Positions 9,077 through 18,219 of a stretch of DNA of 64,000 nucleotides are shown in pieces (position 1 is the stretch's first letter; every line of letters starts with the position of its first letter). The notes under the pieces are model-generated. The model saw only the letters and a list, made by a program, of their open reading frames with translations. It was not told the origin of the DNA and searched no databases. Made by a program: the position numbers and the translations under genes. This DNA comes from an uncultured delta proteobacterium (GTDB lineage Bacteria > Desulfobacterota > Desulfobacteria > Desulfobacterales > JAHEIW01): contig CAVPNL010000014.1 of assembly GCA_963706575.1 (NCBI GenBank), positions 32,001 through 96,000 of the forward strand, written 5' to 3'.

Positions 9077-10282
9077 TTTGTATTTGCCGATTATGGAAAT
9101 ACTGCACACATTCATGGCCGGAAAGCCGCCCAGATTATGGGTCAGCCCGTATCTGGGATTTTCCAGCTGACGCTCACCGGCCCGTCCGTGAAACTGCAGA
9201 TAAAGCTCATAAAGCATTCTAAGCCCGGATGCCCCGATGGGATGGCCAAAACACTTCAGGCCGCCGTCCACCTGGCAGGGAATCGTTCCGTCCCGGTCGT
9301 AAAATCCGTCCATAACATCTTTATAGGCCTGTCCTCTTTCTGAAATATGAAGGTCTTCCATCGTCACCAACTCGGTAATCGAAAAACAATCATGGACCTC
9401 CATCATGTCGATGTCTTCCCGCGGTTTCGTGATGCCGGCTTCCTTGTAAACCTCGGTGCTGCATTTGCTGGTGGTGATAAAATGATCGCCGTCCCAGTCG
9501 TTGTAACCCATCTCCTCCCCGCTGCTCAATGCCAACTGAAGGCCTTTGACGGTGACAAAATCTTTTTTGCCCAGCTTTTTGGCGATTGCAGGCGTCGTCA
9601 CAATCGCACAGGCAGCACCATCGCTGACACCGCAGCAGTCAAACAGACCCAGCGGATGGGCGATAATCGGAGCCGCCATCACCTGATCTTCAGTCACCGC
9701 TTTGCGCAGGTGGGCTTTGGGATTCAGGGCACCATTGGCATGGCTTTTGGCGGAAACGTGCGCCATGGCGCGTTTGAGGTCCTGGTCGGGCACCTTATAT
9801 TTGGCGGCATAGGCGCTGGCCAGCTGGGCAAACGCACCGGGAGCCGTCATGTTCGGAAACCACTGCCAGTTAAGGCTTCCGGAATCCGATCCCGTGAAAC
9901 TGGGCAGACCGCCATAGCCGGTGTCTTTGAGCTTCTCTACCCCCAGGGCCAGGCAGATATCGTAGGCGCCGGATGCCACCGCATAACAGGCGCCGCGAAA
10001 AGCTTCTGTTCCGGTGGCGCAAAAATTCTCAACCCGGGTGACCGGAATCATGGGAAGGCGAAGCGTCAACGACATGGGCAGCGCACTTTTGCCGACATTG
10101 ATACCCTCGAAGCAGGTGCCCAGCCAGGCGGCGCCGATATCTTTTTTGTCGATTCCGGCATCCTCCAGGCATTCTTGAAAGGCCTCAACCATTAATTCTT
10201 CAGCACCCATATCCCAGCGCTCGCCAAAGCGGGTACATCCCATTCCGATGATGGCGACTTTGTCTTTTATTCCCGTAGCCAT
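9074..10282 (-). CDS. Thiolase, SCP2/archaeal (PhlC/BbsB-like) type
   Basis: RVENFCATG (active Cys), EVHDCF, GHPIGASG, HNLGG. Confidence 0.9.
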   Translation of the reverse strand: MATGIKDKVAIIGMGCTRFGERWDMGAEELMVEAFQECLEDAGIDKKDIGAAWLGTCFEGINVGKSALPMSLTLRLPMIPVTRVENFCATGTEAFRGACYAVASGAYDICLALGVEKLKDTGYGGLPSFTGSDSGSLNWQWFPNMTAPGAFAQLASAYAAKYKVPDQDLKRAMAHVSAKSHANGALNPKAHLRKAVTEDQVMAAPIIAHPLGLFDCCGVSDGAACAIVTTPAIAKKLGKKDFVTVKGLQLALSSGEEMGYNDWDGDHFITTSKCSTEVYKEAGITKPREDIDMMEVHDCFSITELVTMEDLHISERGQAYKDVMDGFYDRDGTIPCQVDGGLKCFGHPIGASGLRMLYELYLQFHGRAGERQLENPRYGLTHNLGGFPAMNVCSISIIGKYK

Positions 10283-10302
10283 AGTTCTTCCTTTCAGTCA
10301 GA

Positions 10303-10389
10303 AGCATAGCGCATGGCGCATGGCGCATAGCGTTCAATTCATAATGCTTCCAAAAATATCGCTATGCGCTTTGCCCTTTGCGCTTTGCG
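10303..10389. repeat. Periodic palindrome, 7-mer GCATRGC family
   Basis: gcatagc gcatggc gcatggc gcatagc ... gctatgc gctttgc cctttgc gctttgc. Confidence 0.8.
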
Positions 10390-10451
10390 TTATTTTCCAA
10401 ACGAAAATAACCTTTCGAGCAGCTGCGACTTCATGATGTCACCTTCGATTT

Positions 10452-12839
10452 TCAGCTTGCCGGCTCGGTAGGGGGCGGCGCAATCAGCGCAAAAATAGCG
10501 CCATTGGCTTCTTTAAACTCCTGGGCTCCGTCGAGGGTGTTTATTTTTCCCCAGTTTTCGTGAATCAGCTCGGGGGTCGGCGGATTGTTCTGATCTCCCA
10601 GTTGAACGGCTGGTCCGGTCAGGACCGCTGCACGGTTAAAATAACCCATGCCGCAATTAAAAATGCCGCCGCTTTCCTGACAGGCTTCGCTGCAAAGCAC
10701 CATGACGAGTGGTACGACAAATTCCGGTTTTGATTTTTCCAGCAGATCCGGCGGCATCACATCTTCGGTCAGCCGCGAAGCGGCTATGGGCGCAATGGTG
10801 TTAACGTGGATATTATACTTCATGCCTTCCAGCTTCAGGGTATTCATCAATCCGACCAGGGCCGTCTTGGCGGCGGAATAATTGGTTTGTCCGAAATTGC
10901 CGTATAAGCCTGCCGCCGAGGTGGTCATCACAATCCGCCCGTAACCATTGTCCTTCATGGCGGCCATCGCCGGGCGCGTAACGAAATAAGCGCCGTTGAG
11001 GTGAACATCTAAAACCGCCTGCCAGTTTTCAGGCTCCATTTTTAAAAAGGTTTTATCTCTGAGGATGCCGGCATTGTTGATCAGGATGTCCACCCGACCA
11101 AAGGCATCCAGCGCGGTCTTAACGATATTCTCACCGCCTTCGGCAGTGGCGACATTATCGTAGTTAGCTACGGCTTCGCCGCCCGTGCGCTTGATCTCTT
11201 CAACCACCTCATCGGCCGGGCTTTTTGATCCTTTACCTGAGCCGTCGCGCGCACCTCCCAGATCGTTGACCACCACCCTGGCCCCGCTTTGGGCCAAGGC
11301 CAGCGCATATGCCCGGCCCAGGCCCGCACCGGCGCCGGTCACAATCGCCACGCGCTCATCAAAGCGCATCCCGCCGCCGCCTTCAATGGCAGCGGGCAGC
11401 GGGACGGCCTTCCAGAAGTAGTTTACAAAGCCGCGCTCCGGGTCCACCCCTTTGCGTTTGAAGGCCATTTGCACTGGCAGCCCCACCTTCAGATCATCGA
11501 GTTCACAATCGGTAAAATCAGCCACCAAGCGCCCGCCGTCTTCAAATTGCACCATGCCGTATATTGCCGGAGGGTCTACCGAGACCGAAAGCATATCGGC
11601 GGTAAAGGTTTTAACCCGCGCCGGCATATCGGCAAATTCATAATCTTCCTGGCTGTGGAAAGCGCCGCAGCCGGGATTGACGCAGATATCCATCTTCGGG
11701 AACTGGGGGGTTCCGCAGCGTTTGCATTTACCGCCCACCAGGCCTAAAATCATTTTATTCTTGCGCCACAAAACGGTAGTGGCCGTCTGGGTCGGTGCTT
11801 CGGCCCGAATGCCCATCTCGGTCTGAATCAGATCTCTGAATTTTAGCCACTTGAGATAGTTGTCCTCGGTCTTTTTATTCGCCAGGGACCCGGCAACACC
11901 GTTTCTTTCGGCCAACCGGGTGATGTTTTCGGTCACCTCTAACAGCAGGGCATTGGCGCCCTGGCCAAAGCCGATCATCAGAATCCGATCGCCCGGCCGG
12001 GCCTCTTCCAGGGCCGATATAAACATGATAAACGGGTGGGCCGTGCCGGTTTCACCGCAGACCTCATGCATATTATCCACCAGTTTGTCGGCATCGGCGC
12101 CCAGTTGCGCGGCGATATTGCGGTGGTCGCGTTTAAAAATACAGGGAAAAACCAGTTTGTCGACATCATCCATGCTGATGCCCAGCTTTTCAAACAGGCC
12201 ATTGACCACCTCGGGAATAATGCGGCCGTAGCCGGCATCTCTGGCCCAGCGTTCTTCCCAGACATAGTCGTACTTTTTATCGGAACCGCGGTAATGATCG
12301 ACAAATTCATGGGCCACGGAGTACGATCCCTTGTATTCAGCGATAACATTTGTATCGCCGACCATCAGAGAGGCCGCGCCATCACCGAACCACATTTCAT
12401 AAAAATAAGCGGCTTTGGTTTCACGTCTATCGGTGGCGGCCACCAGGATACTGTTTCTTTCGCCGCTTTTGACCGATTCCAGGGCGGTGATCATCGCGGT
12501 GGTCGAGGCTTTCTGGGAAGCGGTAAAATCCGCCGTAACCAGGTTATCTTTGAGATTGAGCGCCGCCGAAACGATCCCGGCATTTTGTCGATCGGCAAAC
12601 GGCTGGGTTGTGGAGGCCAGATAGAGGGCATCCAGGTTTTGCTTGTCCTTACCTCGCAGGCAGTCACGGGAGGCGGCCACCGCCATCGTAATGGCATCTT
12701 CATCCCAGTTACACATGGACCGTTCTCCCTGTGCAACCATCATCAGCGCGGGCGCAAACCAGCCCATGGCTTGAAATATCGCCATACGCTCCAATCTCAA
12801 CCTCGGAATATAGGCTCCATAGGAAGTGATACCGATCAT
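10452..12839 (-). CDS. Fusion: HMG-CoA synthase-like domain + DUF35 Zn-ribbon/OB-fold + SDR (3-hydroxyacyl-CoA dehydrogenase-like)
   Basis: MIGITSYGAYIPRLRL and DEDAITMAVAA (HMGS fold); CKRC..CVNPGC (DUF35); TGAGAGLG, NNAG, YSAAK (SDR). Confidence 0.85.
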   Translation of the reverse strand: MIGITSYGAYIPRLRLERMAIFQAMGWFAPALMMVAQGERSMCNWDEDAITMAVAASRDCLRGKDKQNLDALYLASTTQPFADRQNAGIVSAALNLKDNLVTADFTASQKASTTAMITALESVKSGERNSILVAATDRRETKAAYFYEMWFGDGAASLMVGDTNVIAEYKGSYSVAHEFVDHYRGSDKKYDYVWEERWARDAGYGRIIPEVVNGLFEKLGISMDDVDKLVFPCIFKRDHRNIAAQLGADADKLVDNMHEVCGETGTAHPFIMFISALEEARPGDRILMIGFGQGANALLLEVTENITRLAERNGVAGSLANKKTEDNYLKWLKFRDLIQTEMGIRAEAPTQTATTVLWRKNKMILGLVGGKCKRCGTPQFPKMDICVNPGCGAFHSQEDYEFADMPARVKTFTADMLSVSVDPPAIYGMVQFEDGGRLVADFTDCELDDLKVGLPVQMAFKRKGVDPERGFVNYFWKAVPLPAAIEGGGGMRFDERVAIVTGAGAGLGRAYALALAQSGARVVVNDLGGARDGSGKGSKSPADEVVEEIKRTGGEAVANYDNVATAEGGENIVKTALDAFGRVDILINNAGILRDKTFLKMEPENWQAVLDVHLNGAYFVTRPAMAAMKDNGYGRIVMTTSAAGLYGNFGQTNYSAAKTALVGLMNTLKLEGMKYNIHVNTIAPIAASRLTEDVMPPDLLEKSKPEFVVPLVMVLCSEACQESGGIFNCGMGYFNRAAVLTGPAVQLGDQNNPPTPELIHENWGKINTLDGAQEFKEANGAIFALIAPPPTEPAS

Positions 12840-12855
12840 TTTTTAACTCCCTCCT

Positions 12856-12888
12856 GAATTGCGGATTGCGGATTGCGGATTGCGGAAT
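12856..12888. repeat. 7-mer ATTGCGG tandem repeat (single arm)
   Basis: attgcgg x4. Confidence 0.8.
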
Positions 12889-12920
12889 AAAAACAAATGA
12901 AAATTTTCATTTTTGTATTC

Positions 12921-15041
12921 CTATATTTTGAATTTGAACAGCTTTTCAATAAGCTGTGATTTCATTAGATCACCGCTGATGACCAGCTTGCCCGACGTAT
13001 AGGCCTGCATGGCCGGCAAAACGCCGTTCATCATATTAAGAAAATCAGCTGCTTCCATCTTCAAGGTGCAGCCCGGTTTTTCGTGCATGCCGGCCTCGAC
13101 TGCGCAGGTGCTGTCCTTGATCACACAATTCCAGTCACCACCGCCACCACCGCCAATGACGAACTGGAAGACAACATCCACGCCGGCAGCGGCATCCGCG
13201 ACAAACGCCTTTGGCATCTCATCGAATATATCATCTACGGTTTCAAACCCCTGCGCATGGGCCGTGCCGCCAACATCTGTGGCCGGCTTGGTGAAGGCCT
13301 GCAAAACATCACCGACCAATTCGGTTGTATTCCAGTATTCCTTGGCGCCTTTCAACGAGGTGACATCTTCCCATTGAGATAGAAGCTGCTCTGGATCCGG
13401 GACCTCCCGGCCATCACCCACAACAGTACCGGGCCCGGTCACAACGGCGGCCCGATTGAAACAACCCATTCCCACATTGTAAATATTACCGCTGACCGGA
13501 CATTGCTTCGACACCAGGTAGAGCGCCATGGGGGCCACCAGTTCCGGTTCCAGCTTATCGATGAAATCCGGCGGTAAAATGTCCGCGGTCAGGCGCGAAG
13601 CCGCCACCGGGGCGATGGTGTTGACCTTGATATTGGATCTTTCGCCTTCCAATTTTAAAGTGTTCATCAGGCCCACCAGGCCCATCTTGGCGGCCGAGTA
13701 ATTGGTCTGGCCGAAATTACCATAGAGCCCCGCCGCTGAAGTCGTCATCAGAATTCGTCCGTATCCCTTTTCCTTCATCACGCCAAAAGCCGGGCGCGAG
13801 ACATGATAGGCCCCGTTTAAGTGTACATCCAGGACCGCCTGCCAGTTTTGCGGTTCCATTTTCAAAAAGGTCTTGTCTCTGAGAATCCCGGCATTGTTGA
13901 TCAGGATATCGACCGTACCGAAGGCGTCCAGGGCCGTCTTAACGATACTTTCACCACCGCCAACAGTGGCCACATTGTCATGGTTTGCAACCGCTTCGCC
14001 ACCCAGGGCCTGAATCTCTTCAACCACCTGATCCGCCGGTTTTTTGGAGCCTTTGCCCGAACCGTCCGGGGCACCTCCCAGATCGTTGACCACCACGCGG
14101 GCACCCCGTTTGGCCAGCTCCAGGGCATACACGCGGCCGAGTCCGGCGCCGGCACCGGTGACAATCGCCACCTGACCGTCAAACCGAATTTCTTCCTTAA
14201 CCCTGTCGCCGTATTCGAAAATGCCGTTATCCATGACCACTTCGTTGGATTCGGCGTTGATCACGCGCCAGAGCGCCTGACCGTCATCGATTTGCCAGAT
14301 CAATGTTTTAATGGGCACACCGGGATACAGGGGGCGTTTAAACCGGCAGTCAAGCCGCCTGACCTTTTGCGGTTCATATGGGATCAAGGTTTCAATCAAG
14401 GCGCGGCAGGCATATCCATGGGTGCACAAACCGTGCATAATCGGCTTTTCAAAACCGGCCATTTTGGCAAATTCGCTGTCCACATGCAGTTGAAACGTAT
14501 CACCGGAAAGCCTGAAAATCAGCGGTTGGTCCGCTGTGGGCGCAGCCGCCACAACAAAATCCGGCTTTCGGTCCGGAAAAGAAATTTCTTTTTTGGGTGC
14601 ATCGTCACCGCCGAAACCGCCGTCCAGGCGCGCAAAAACAGTGGCAATGCTGGTAAACAATTTGGTGCCGTTTGAGTGATGGGTTTCAAATTCGGCGATG
14701 ATCAGGGCCCCTTTATTTTGGCCCTTGTCATAGTAGTGGGTAATGGCACCTTCGGTGATAAGGGCGCCTTCAGGCGGGATGGGGTTGTGGAAGACGATTT
14801 CATGCTCGCCGTGTAAAATGCCCGCCAGATTGACATTGCTGGAAATTGCCAGCTCGGGCATTAAATCATAAATGGTCGTAATCGCAAAGCTGGGAATGAT
14901 CTGCAAATCTTTTTCATAACAATAATCCAGATCCCCAAACCCGGCGCCCACCCCGAGCGCATAGAGCACGATGTCCTTCCAGGTGTAATCTTTGGTGAAC
15001 GGTCCGATTTTTTTCCCGATGGCATTCAGGTCTAAAGCCAT
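12921..15041 (-). CDS. Fusion: (R)-enoyl-CoA hydratase 2 (double hot-dog/MaoC) + SDR + SCP2
   Basis: LYALGVG and FRLSGDTFQLHVD..GFEKPIMHGLCT (hydratase 2 motif); SDR with GLYGNFGQTNYSAAK; C-terminal AYTSGKLVISGD (SCP2). Confidence 0.88.
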   Translation of the reverse strand: MALDLNAIGKKIGPFTKDYTWKDIVLYALGVGAGFGDLDYCYEKDLQIIPSFAITTIYDLMPELAISSNVNLAGILHGEHEIVFHNPIPPEGALITEGAITHYYDKGQNKGALIIAEFETHHSNGTKLFTSIATVFARLDGGFGGDDAPKKEISFPDRKPDFVVAAAPTADQPLIFRLSGDTFQLHVDSEFAKMAGFEKPIMHGLCTHGYACRALIETLIPYEPQKVRRLDCRFKRPLYPGVPIKTLIWQIDDGQALWRVINAESNEVVMDNGIFEYGDRVKEEIRFDGQVAIVTGAGAGLGRVYALELAKRGARVVVNDLGGAPDGSGKGSKKPADQVVEEIQALGGEAVANHDNVATVGGGESIVKTALDAFGTVDILINNAGILRDKTFLKMEPQNWQAVLDVHLNGAYHVSRPAFGVMKEKGYGRILMTTSAAGLYGNFGQTNYSAAKMGLVGLMNTLKLEGERSNIKVNTIAPVAASRLTADILPPDFIDKLEPELVAPMALYLVSKQCPVSGNIYNVGMGCFNRAAVVTGPGTVVGDGREVPDPEQLLSQWEDVTSLKGAKEYWNTTELVGDVLQAFTKPATDVGGTAHAQGFETVDDIFDEMPKAFVADAAAGVDVVFQFVIGGGGGGDWNCVIKDSTCAVEAGMHEKPGCTLKMEAADFLNMMNGVLPAMQAYTSGKLVISGDLMKSQLIEKLFKFKI

Positions 15042-15068
15042 ATCTTCCCTCCGGCTCGATGTTAATCA

Positions 15069-15154
15069 TTATTCGTTATTCGTTATTGGGTATCGGGTAT
15101 TAGTTCTGTCTAAAATTAAATCAGTTTCCAGTAACAAATAACGAATAACCAATA
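15069..15154. repeat. Periodic palindrome, 7-mer TTATTCG family
   Basis: ttattcg ttattcg ttattgg gtatcgg gtattag ... caaataa cgaataa ccaataa. Confidence 0.75.
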
Positions 15155-15311
15155 AAATCCTATTTTAGCGTGAAGACCGCACCAGCATGAATTTCAATGT
15201 CTCCTTGACGACATCCACGTATTATTCCGACAGGAGATAAGAGCCGTTGGCGTCATGAACTTCCTCGCCGCTTAATGCCGGATGAAATACGCAGATCAAA
15301 TGAGGCCTGAA

Positions 15312-16166
15312 CTACTCGGCCGGCACCTCACAAATCGGTCGATAATATTCAGGGCGCCGCTGTTTCATGCGGTCCATTTCATATTTACCCGCCTCAAAAA
15401 TAATACTTCGGTCCCGTGCCCGCTCCAAGTCGATGTCAGCATAAATGATCTCCTCCCGGTCCGGGGATCCTTCGGCAAGGGTGCTCCCGTCACAGTCGAC
15501 AAATAGACTGCGGCCCAAAAACCGAACGCCTCTTTCTTCACCCACGCGGTTAACCGCCAGGTAATAGACATGGTTTTCAACCGCACGCGCGCGGCTGACA
15601 TATTCGCGGCTGCAGGCCGAATCGGGATCATCGGGCCAATTGGTGCACAATACCACCATGTCGGCGCCCTGCAGCGCCAAAACCCGTGCGCACTCGGGAA
15701 AACTGCCGTCGTAGCAGATGATCCAGCCCAGTCTCCCGTATTGCGTTTCACAAACAGTAAAAGGCCGATTGCCGGGCGTCAAAAACCGGTCGCCCCCCAG
15801 ATACGGCAAATGAATCTTGCGGTAGATTCCGGCCACGCCGGCGGAATTGATAAGGGCGACCGAATTATAAAATTCAGACCCGTTCCGATCCTGCTCTATC
15901 AACCCGAAGAGGACCAGGATGTCCAGGTCCTGGCAGATCTTCTGGATTTCAGTCGTTGCCGGTCCGGGAACAGATTCCGCCAATGGCGGAATCTCAGCAC
16001 GATCATCGACGTTGTATCCGGTGAGGGTTAATTCCGGGAATATGACGACCCGGGCGCCTTTTTCGGCCGCCTCGCGACAGCAGTTCAGGGCCTTATGCAG
16101 GTTACCGGCCTTGTCAGCAAGCCCGATGTCAATCTGCGCACCGGCCACCCTTACGATATCTGTCAT
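15312..16166 (-). CDS. Carbon-nitrogen hydrolase (nitrilase superfamily)
   Basis: FPE, YRKIHL and ICYD (Glu-Lys-Cys triad). Confidence 0.92.
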   Translation of the reverse strand: MTDIVRVAGAQIDIGLADKAGNLHKALNCCREAAEKGARVVIFPELTLTGYNVDDRAEIPPLAESVPGPATTEIQKICQDLDILVLFGLIEQDRNGSEFYNSVALINSAGVAGIYRKIHLPYLGGDRFLTPGNRPFTVCETQYGRLGWIICYDGSFPECARVLALQGADMVVLCTNWPDDPDSACSREYVSRARAVENHVYYLAVNRVGEERGVRFLGRSLFVDCDGSTLAEGSPDREEIIYADIDLERARDRSIIFEAGKYEMDRMKQRRPEYYRPICEVPAE

Positions 16167-16246
16167 TTTCTGATGACCTCCTGCTAATACGATTATTCAT
16201 CCACCACTGCTTTCGGTGATATTTTTTTCACAACCGGCAACGAAAC

Positions 16247-16756
16247 TCAAGAAAATTCAATGGGAGGATGGTCCCAAAAGATGTCAAAGGATTTCGTATT
16301 GCCATCCTTATCCGCATAGACAGCCCCTTCCGCAAGTACAAGAATGGCCACTACGACTTTAATTCCACAAATTGTCCCTGCAGTTAAATGGCCGCCAAGC
16401 GTGACGACCGTATCCTTTTCAACCGTAGAAGCCGAAAAATGGGCATGGACTTCCACCCCACCGCCGGTTTTGGGTGCAATCCATCCTCCCAATGACACCA
16501 ATTCCATCGGCGCTGTGACTTCCAGATAGAGCCGCTCTTTTGGAGTCACCGGAAAGCTTTTCGGAAAAACCTTTAGATTGCGAAAAAGCGCCTTTTTAAG
16601 CGCTCCCAGTCCGGAAACAATCACGCCGGCCCTGACGCCTTCTGCTTTTATCGCTTCCTCAATCGCCTTTAGAAGGTCAACATCCGGCCTGACCCGGAAC
16701 TGCACTAAGCGTTCGATATTTTGAGAACCGATGCCTTCAATAAATTTCAACCCCAT
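16247..16756 (-). CDS. PPC domain (DUF296) protein
   Basis: SGLGAL, ELVSLGG, HAH, GGHL. Confidence 0.85.
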   Translation of the reverse strand: MGLKFIEGIGSQNIERLVQFRVRPDVDLLKAIEEAIKAEGVRAGVIVSGLGALKKALFRNLKVFPKSFPVTPKERLYLEVTAPMELVSLGGWIAPKTGGGVEVHAHFSASTVEKDTVVTLGGHLTAGTICGIKVVVAILVLAEGAVYADKDGNTKSFDIFWDHPPIEFS

Positions 16757-16947
16757 AACCGCTCTCCCCTAATCATTAAATAATTTTATTTGGTTTGCCT
16801 TATGCTTCCTGAATCCAAATCAATAGAGAAATTTAGCACTTTTTACAATAGTCTGATTTGTAACTTAGGTGTTCAACTATGGAATTTGAGGGGACTGCAA
16901 ACTTGTTGGATGTTCAAATGAAAGGTGAAACTTTAAATCATTTATGC

Positions 16948-18204
16948 TTATTTTCCCAAAATACCAGTTAATGCATCTACAAGCCGCATGGTTTCATTCA
17001 TGGTATTATAATGTGCAAAACTCAACCTGAGAACACCGTCATCCGGATCAAGGCCCATTTTTTTTAAGATTCGGTAGGCGTAAAAATGACCATGCTTGGT
17101 TGCGATACCCTTTTTAGCGATCAAGGTGCTCAACCGGGCCGATGTATGATTTTCCGAAATCAGGGCAATATTCGCCTCCCGGCCCTGCATGGTGTTTTTT
17201 CCGAATATTCTCGTCGGTAAATGCGTAAGTCTTTCTAACAATACCTTACATAATGATGTTTCATGGCTGTTCATCAGATTAGAAACCATTGATGCTTTTA
17301 TATTCAAGGGCAAATCAGGTTTTTTAAAATGATGATCATAAAGTACTTCAAAATAGTCCCCGAGCCCGGCAAGGGCCGCAATTGCGGCATGGTCCGGCCC
17401 AGCCGCATCCAACTGCGACCAGGGTCGGTAGGCATTAAAAAAATGACACTGGGGCTGCAGCATTTCTAAAAAACCGGGTGATACATACATGACCCCTTGG
17501 TGAGTTGCATATGTCTTATATGTAGAAAAACAATATGCATCAGCCTTGGTGTCCGATAGATCAGGCCACCGGTGCGGTGCGTAGGAAACTCCGTCAATAA
17601 TAACTTTTGCTCCAAAACTGTGTCCCATATCAATGATCTGATCGATGGGGTTCACTGTTCCGATAATATTAGAGCTGTGTGTAACACAAATAATTTTGGT
17701 ATTAGGGTTAAGCAGTTTTTCCAGGTATGCTAAATCAAGTTCGCCGTCGCTTTCATTGACCTCCCACAAATTCAAGGTTGCTCCGGTGTGCTTTGCAGCC
17801 CTTTCCCATCCACCGATATTTGCCTCATGGTCCTGCTCTGAAATAATGATCTCATCTCCTTTTGAGAGAAATCCTGTGCAGGCATTGCTTAATGTATTCA
17901 AATTCTGGGTAGTTGATGGACCTATGGTGATCGTATCCATAGTGACACCCAATAGATCTGAAATCACTTTTCTACCTCTGTCCATCTGCTCTCCGGCAGC
18001 ATCCGCAAGTGCATTATGGCCATAGGGCTGAACCTTATTATATTTGTAAAAATGCTCAAGTTTATCAACCACAGGCCTGCAAGGAAATGTACCACCTGCA
18101 TTATCAAAAAAAGCCCATTCATTGGATAGGTTTAAATCAAAAAAAGGAAATTGTTTGCGTGCAAAATCAACATCAAAAAGCAACTGATCTGTAAAATTAG
18201 CCAT
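16948..18204 (-). CDS. Class V PLP-dependent enzyme, cysteine desulfurase-like, lacking the catalytic Cys
   Basis: FFDNAGG, DHEANI, DGVSYAPH, STYK (PLP Lys); GHFYA in place of GxHCA. Confidence 0.85.
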   Translation of the reverse strand: MANFTDQLLFDVDFARKQFPFFDLNLSNEWAFFDNAGGTFPCRPVVDKLEHFYKYNKVQPYGHNALADAAGEQMDRGRKVISDLLGVTMDTITIGPSTTQNLNTLSNACTGFLSKGDEIIISEQDHEANIGGWERAAKHTGATLNLWEVNESDGELDLAYLEKLLNPNTKIICVTHSSNIIGTVNPIDQIIDMGHSFGAKVIIDGVSYAPHRWPDLSDTKADAYCFSTYKTYATHQGVMYVSPGFLEMLQPQCHFFNAYRPWSQLDAAGPDHAAIAALAGLGDYFEVLYDHHFKKPDLPLNIKASMVSNLMNSHETSLCKVLLERLTHLPTRIFGKNTMQGREANIALISENHTSARLSTLIAKKGIATKHGHFYAYRILKKMGLDPDDGVLRLSFAHYNTMNETMRLVDALTGILGK

Positions 18205-18219
18205 AATTTTTAAACCCCT

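Noticed and set aside
9074..12839. Mevalonate pathway or DAPG (phl) biosynthesis call
   Set aside because: The HMGS-like domain lacks the catalytic Cys, and no HMG-CoA reductase or PhlD type III PKS is nearby. The context is beta-oxidation.
15160..15300. Possible gene remnant on the minus strand (HPALSGEEVHDANGSYLLSE*YVDVVKETLKF)
   Set aside because: Protein-like but too short to assign without a BLASTX search.
16833..16860. TTAGCACT half-site resembling CIRCE
   Set aside because: The second half-site is missing and it is not upstream of a chaperone gene. No CIRCE was seen before grpE-dnaK either.
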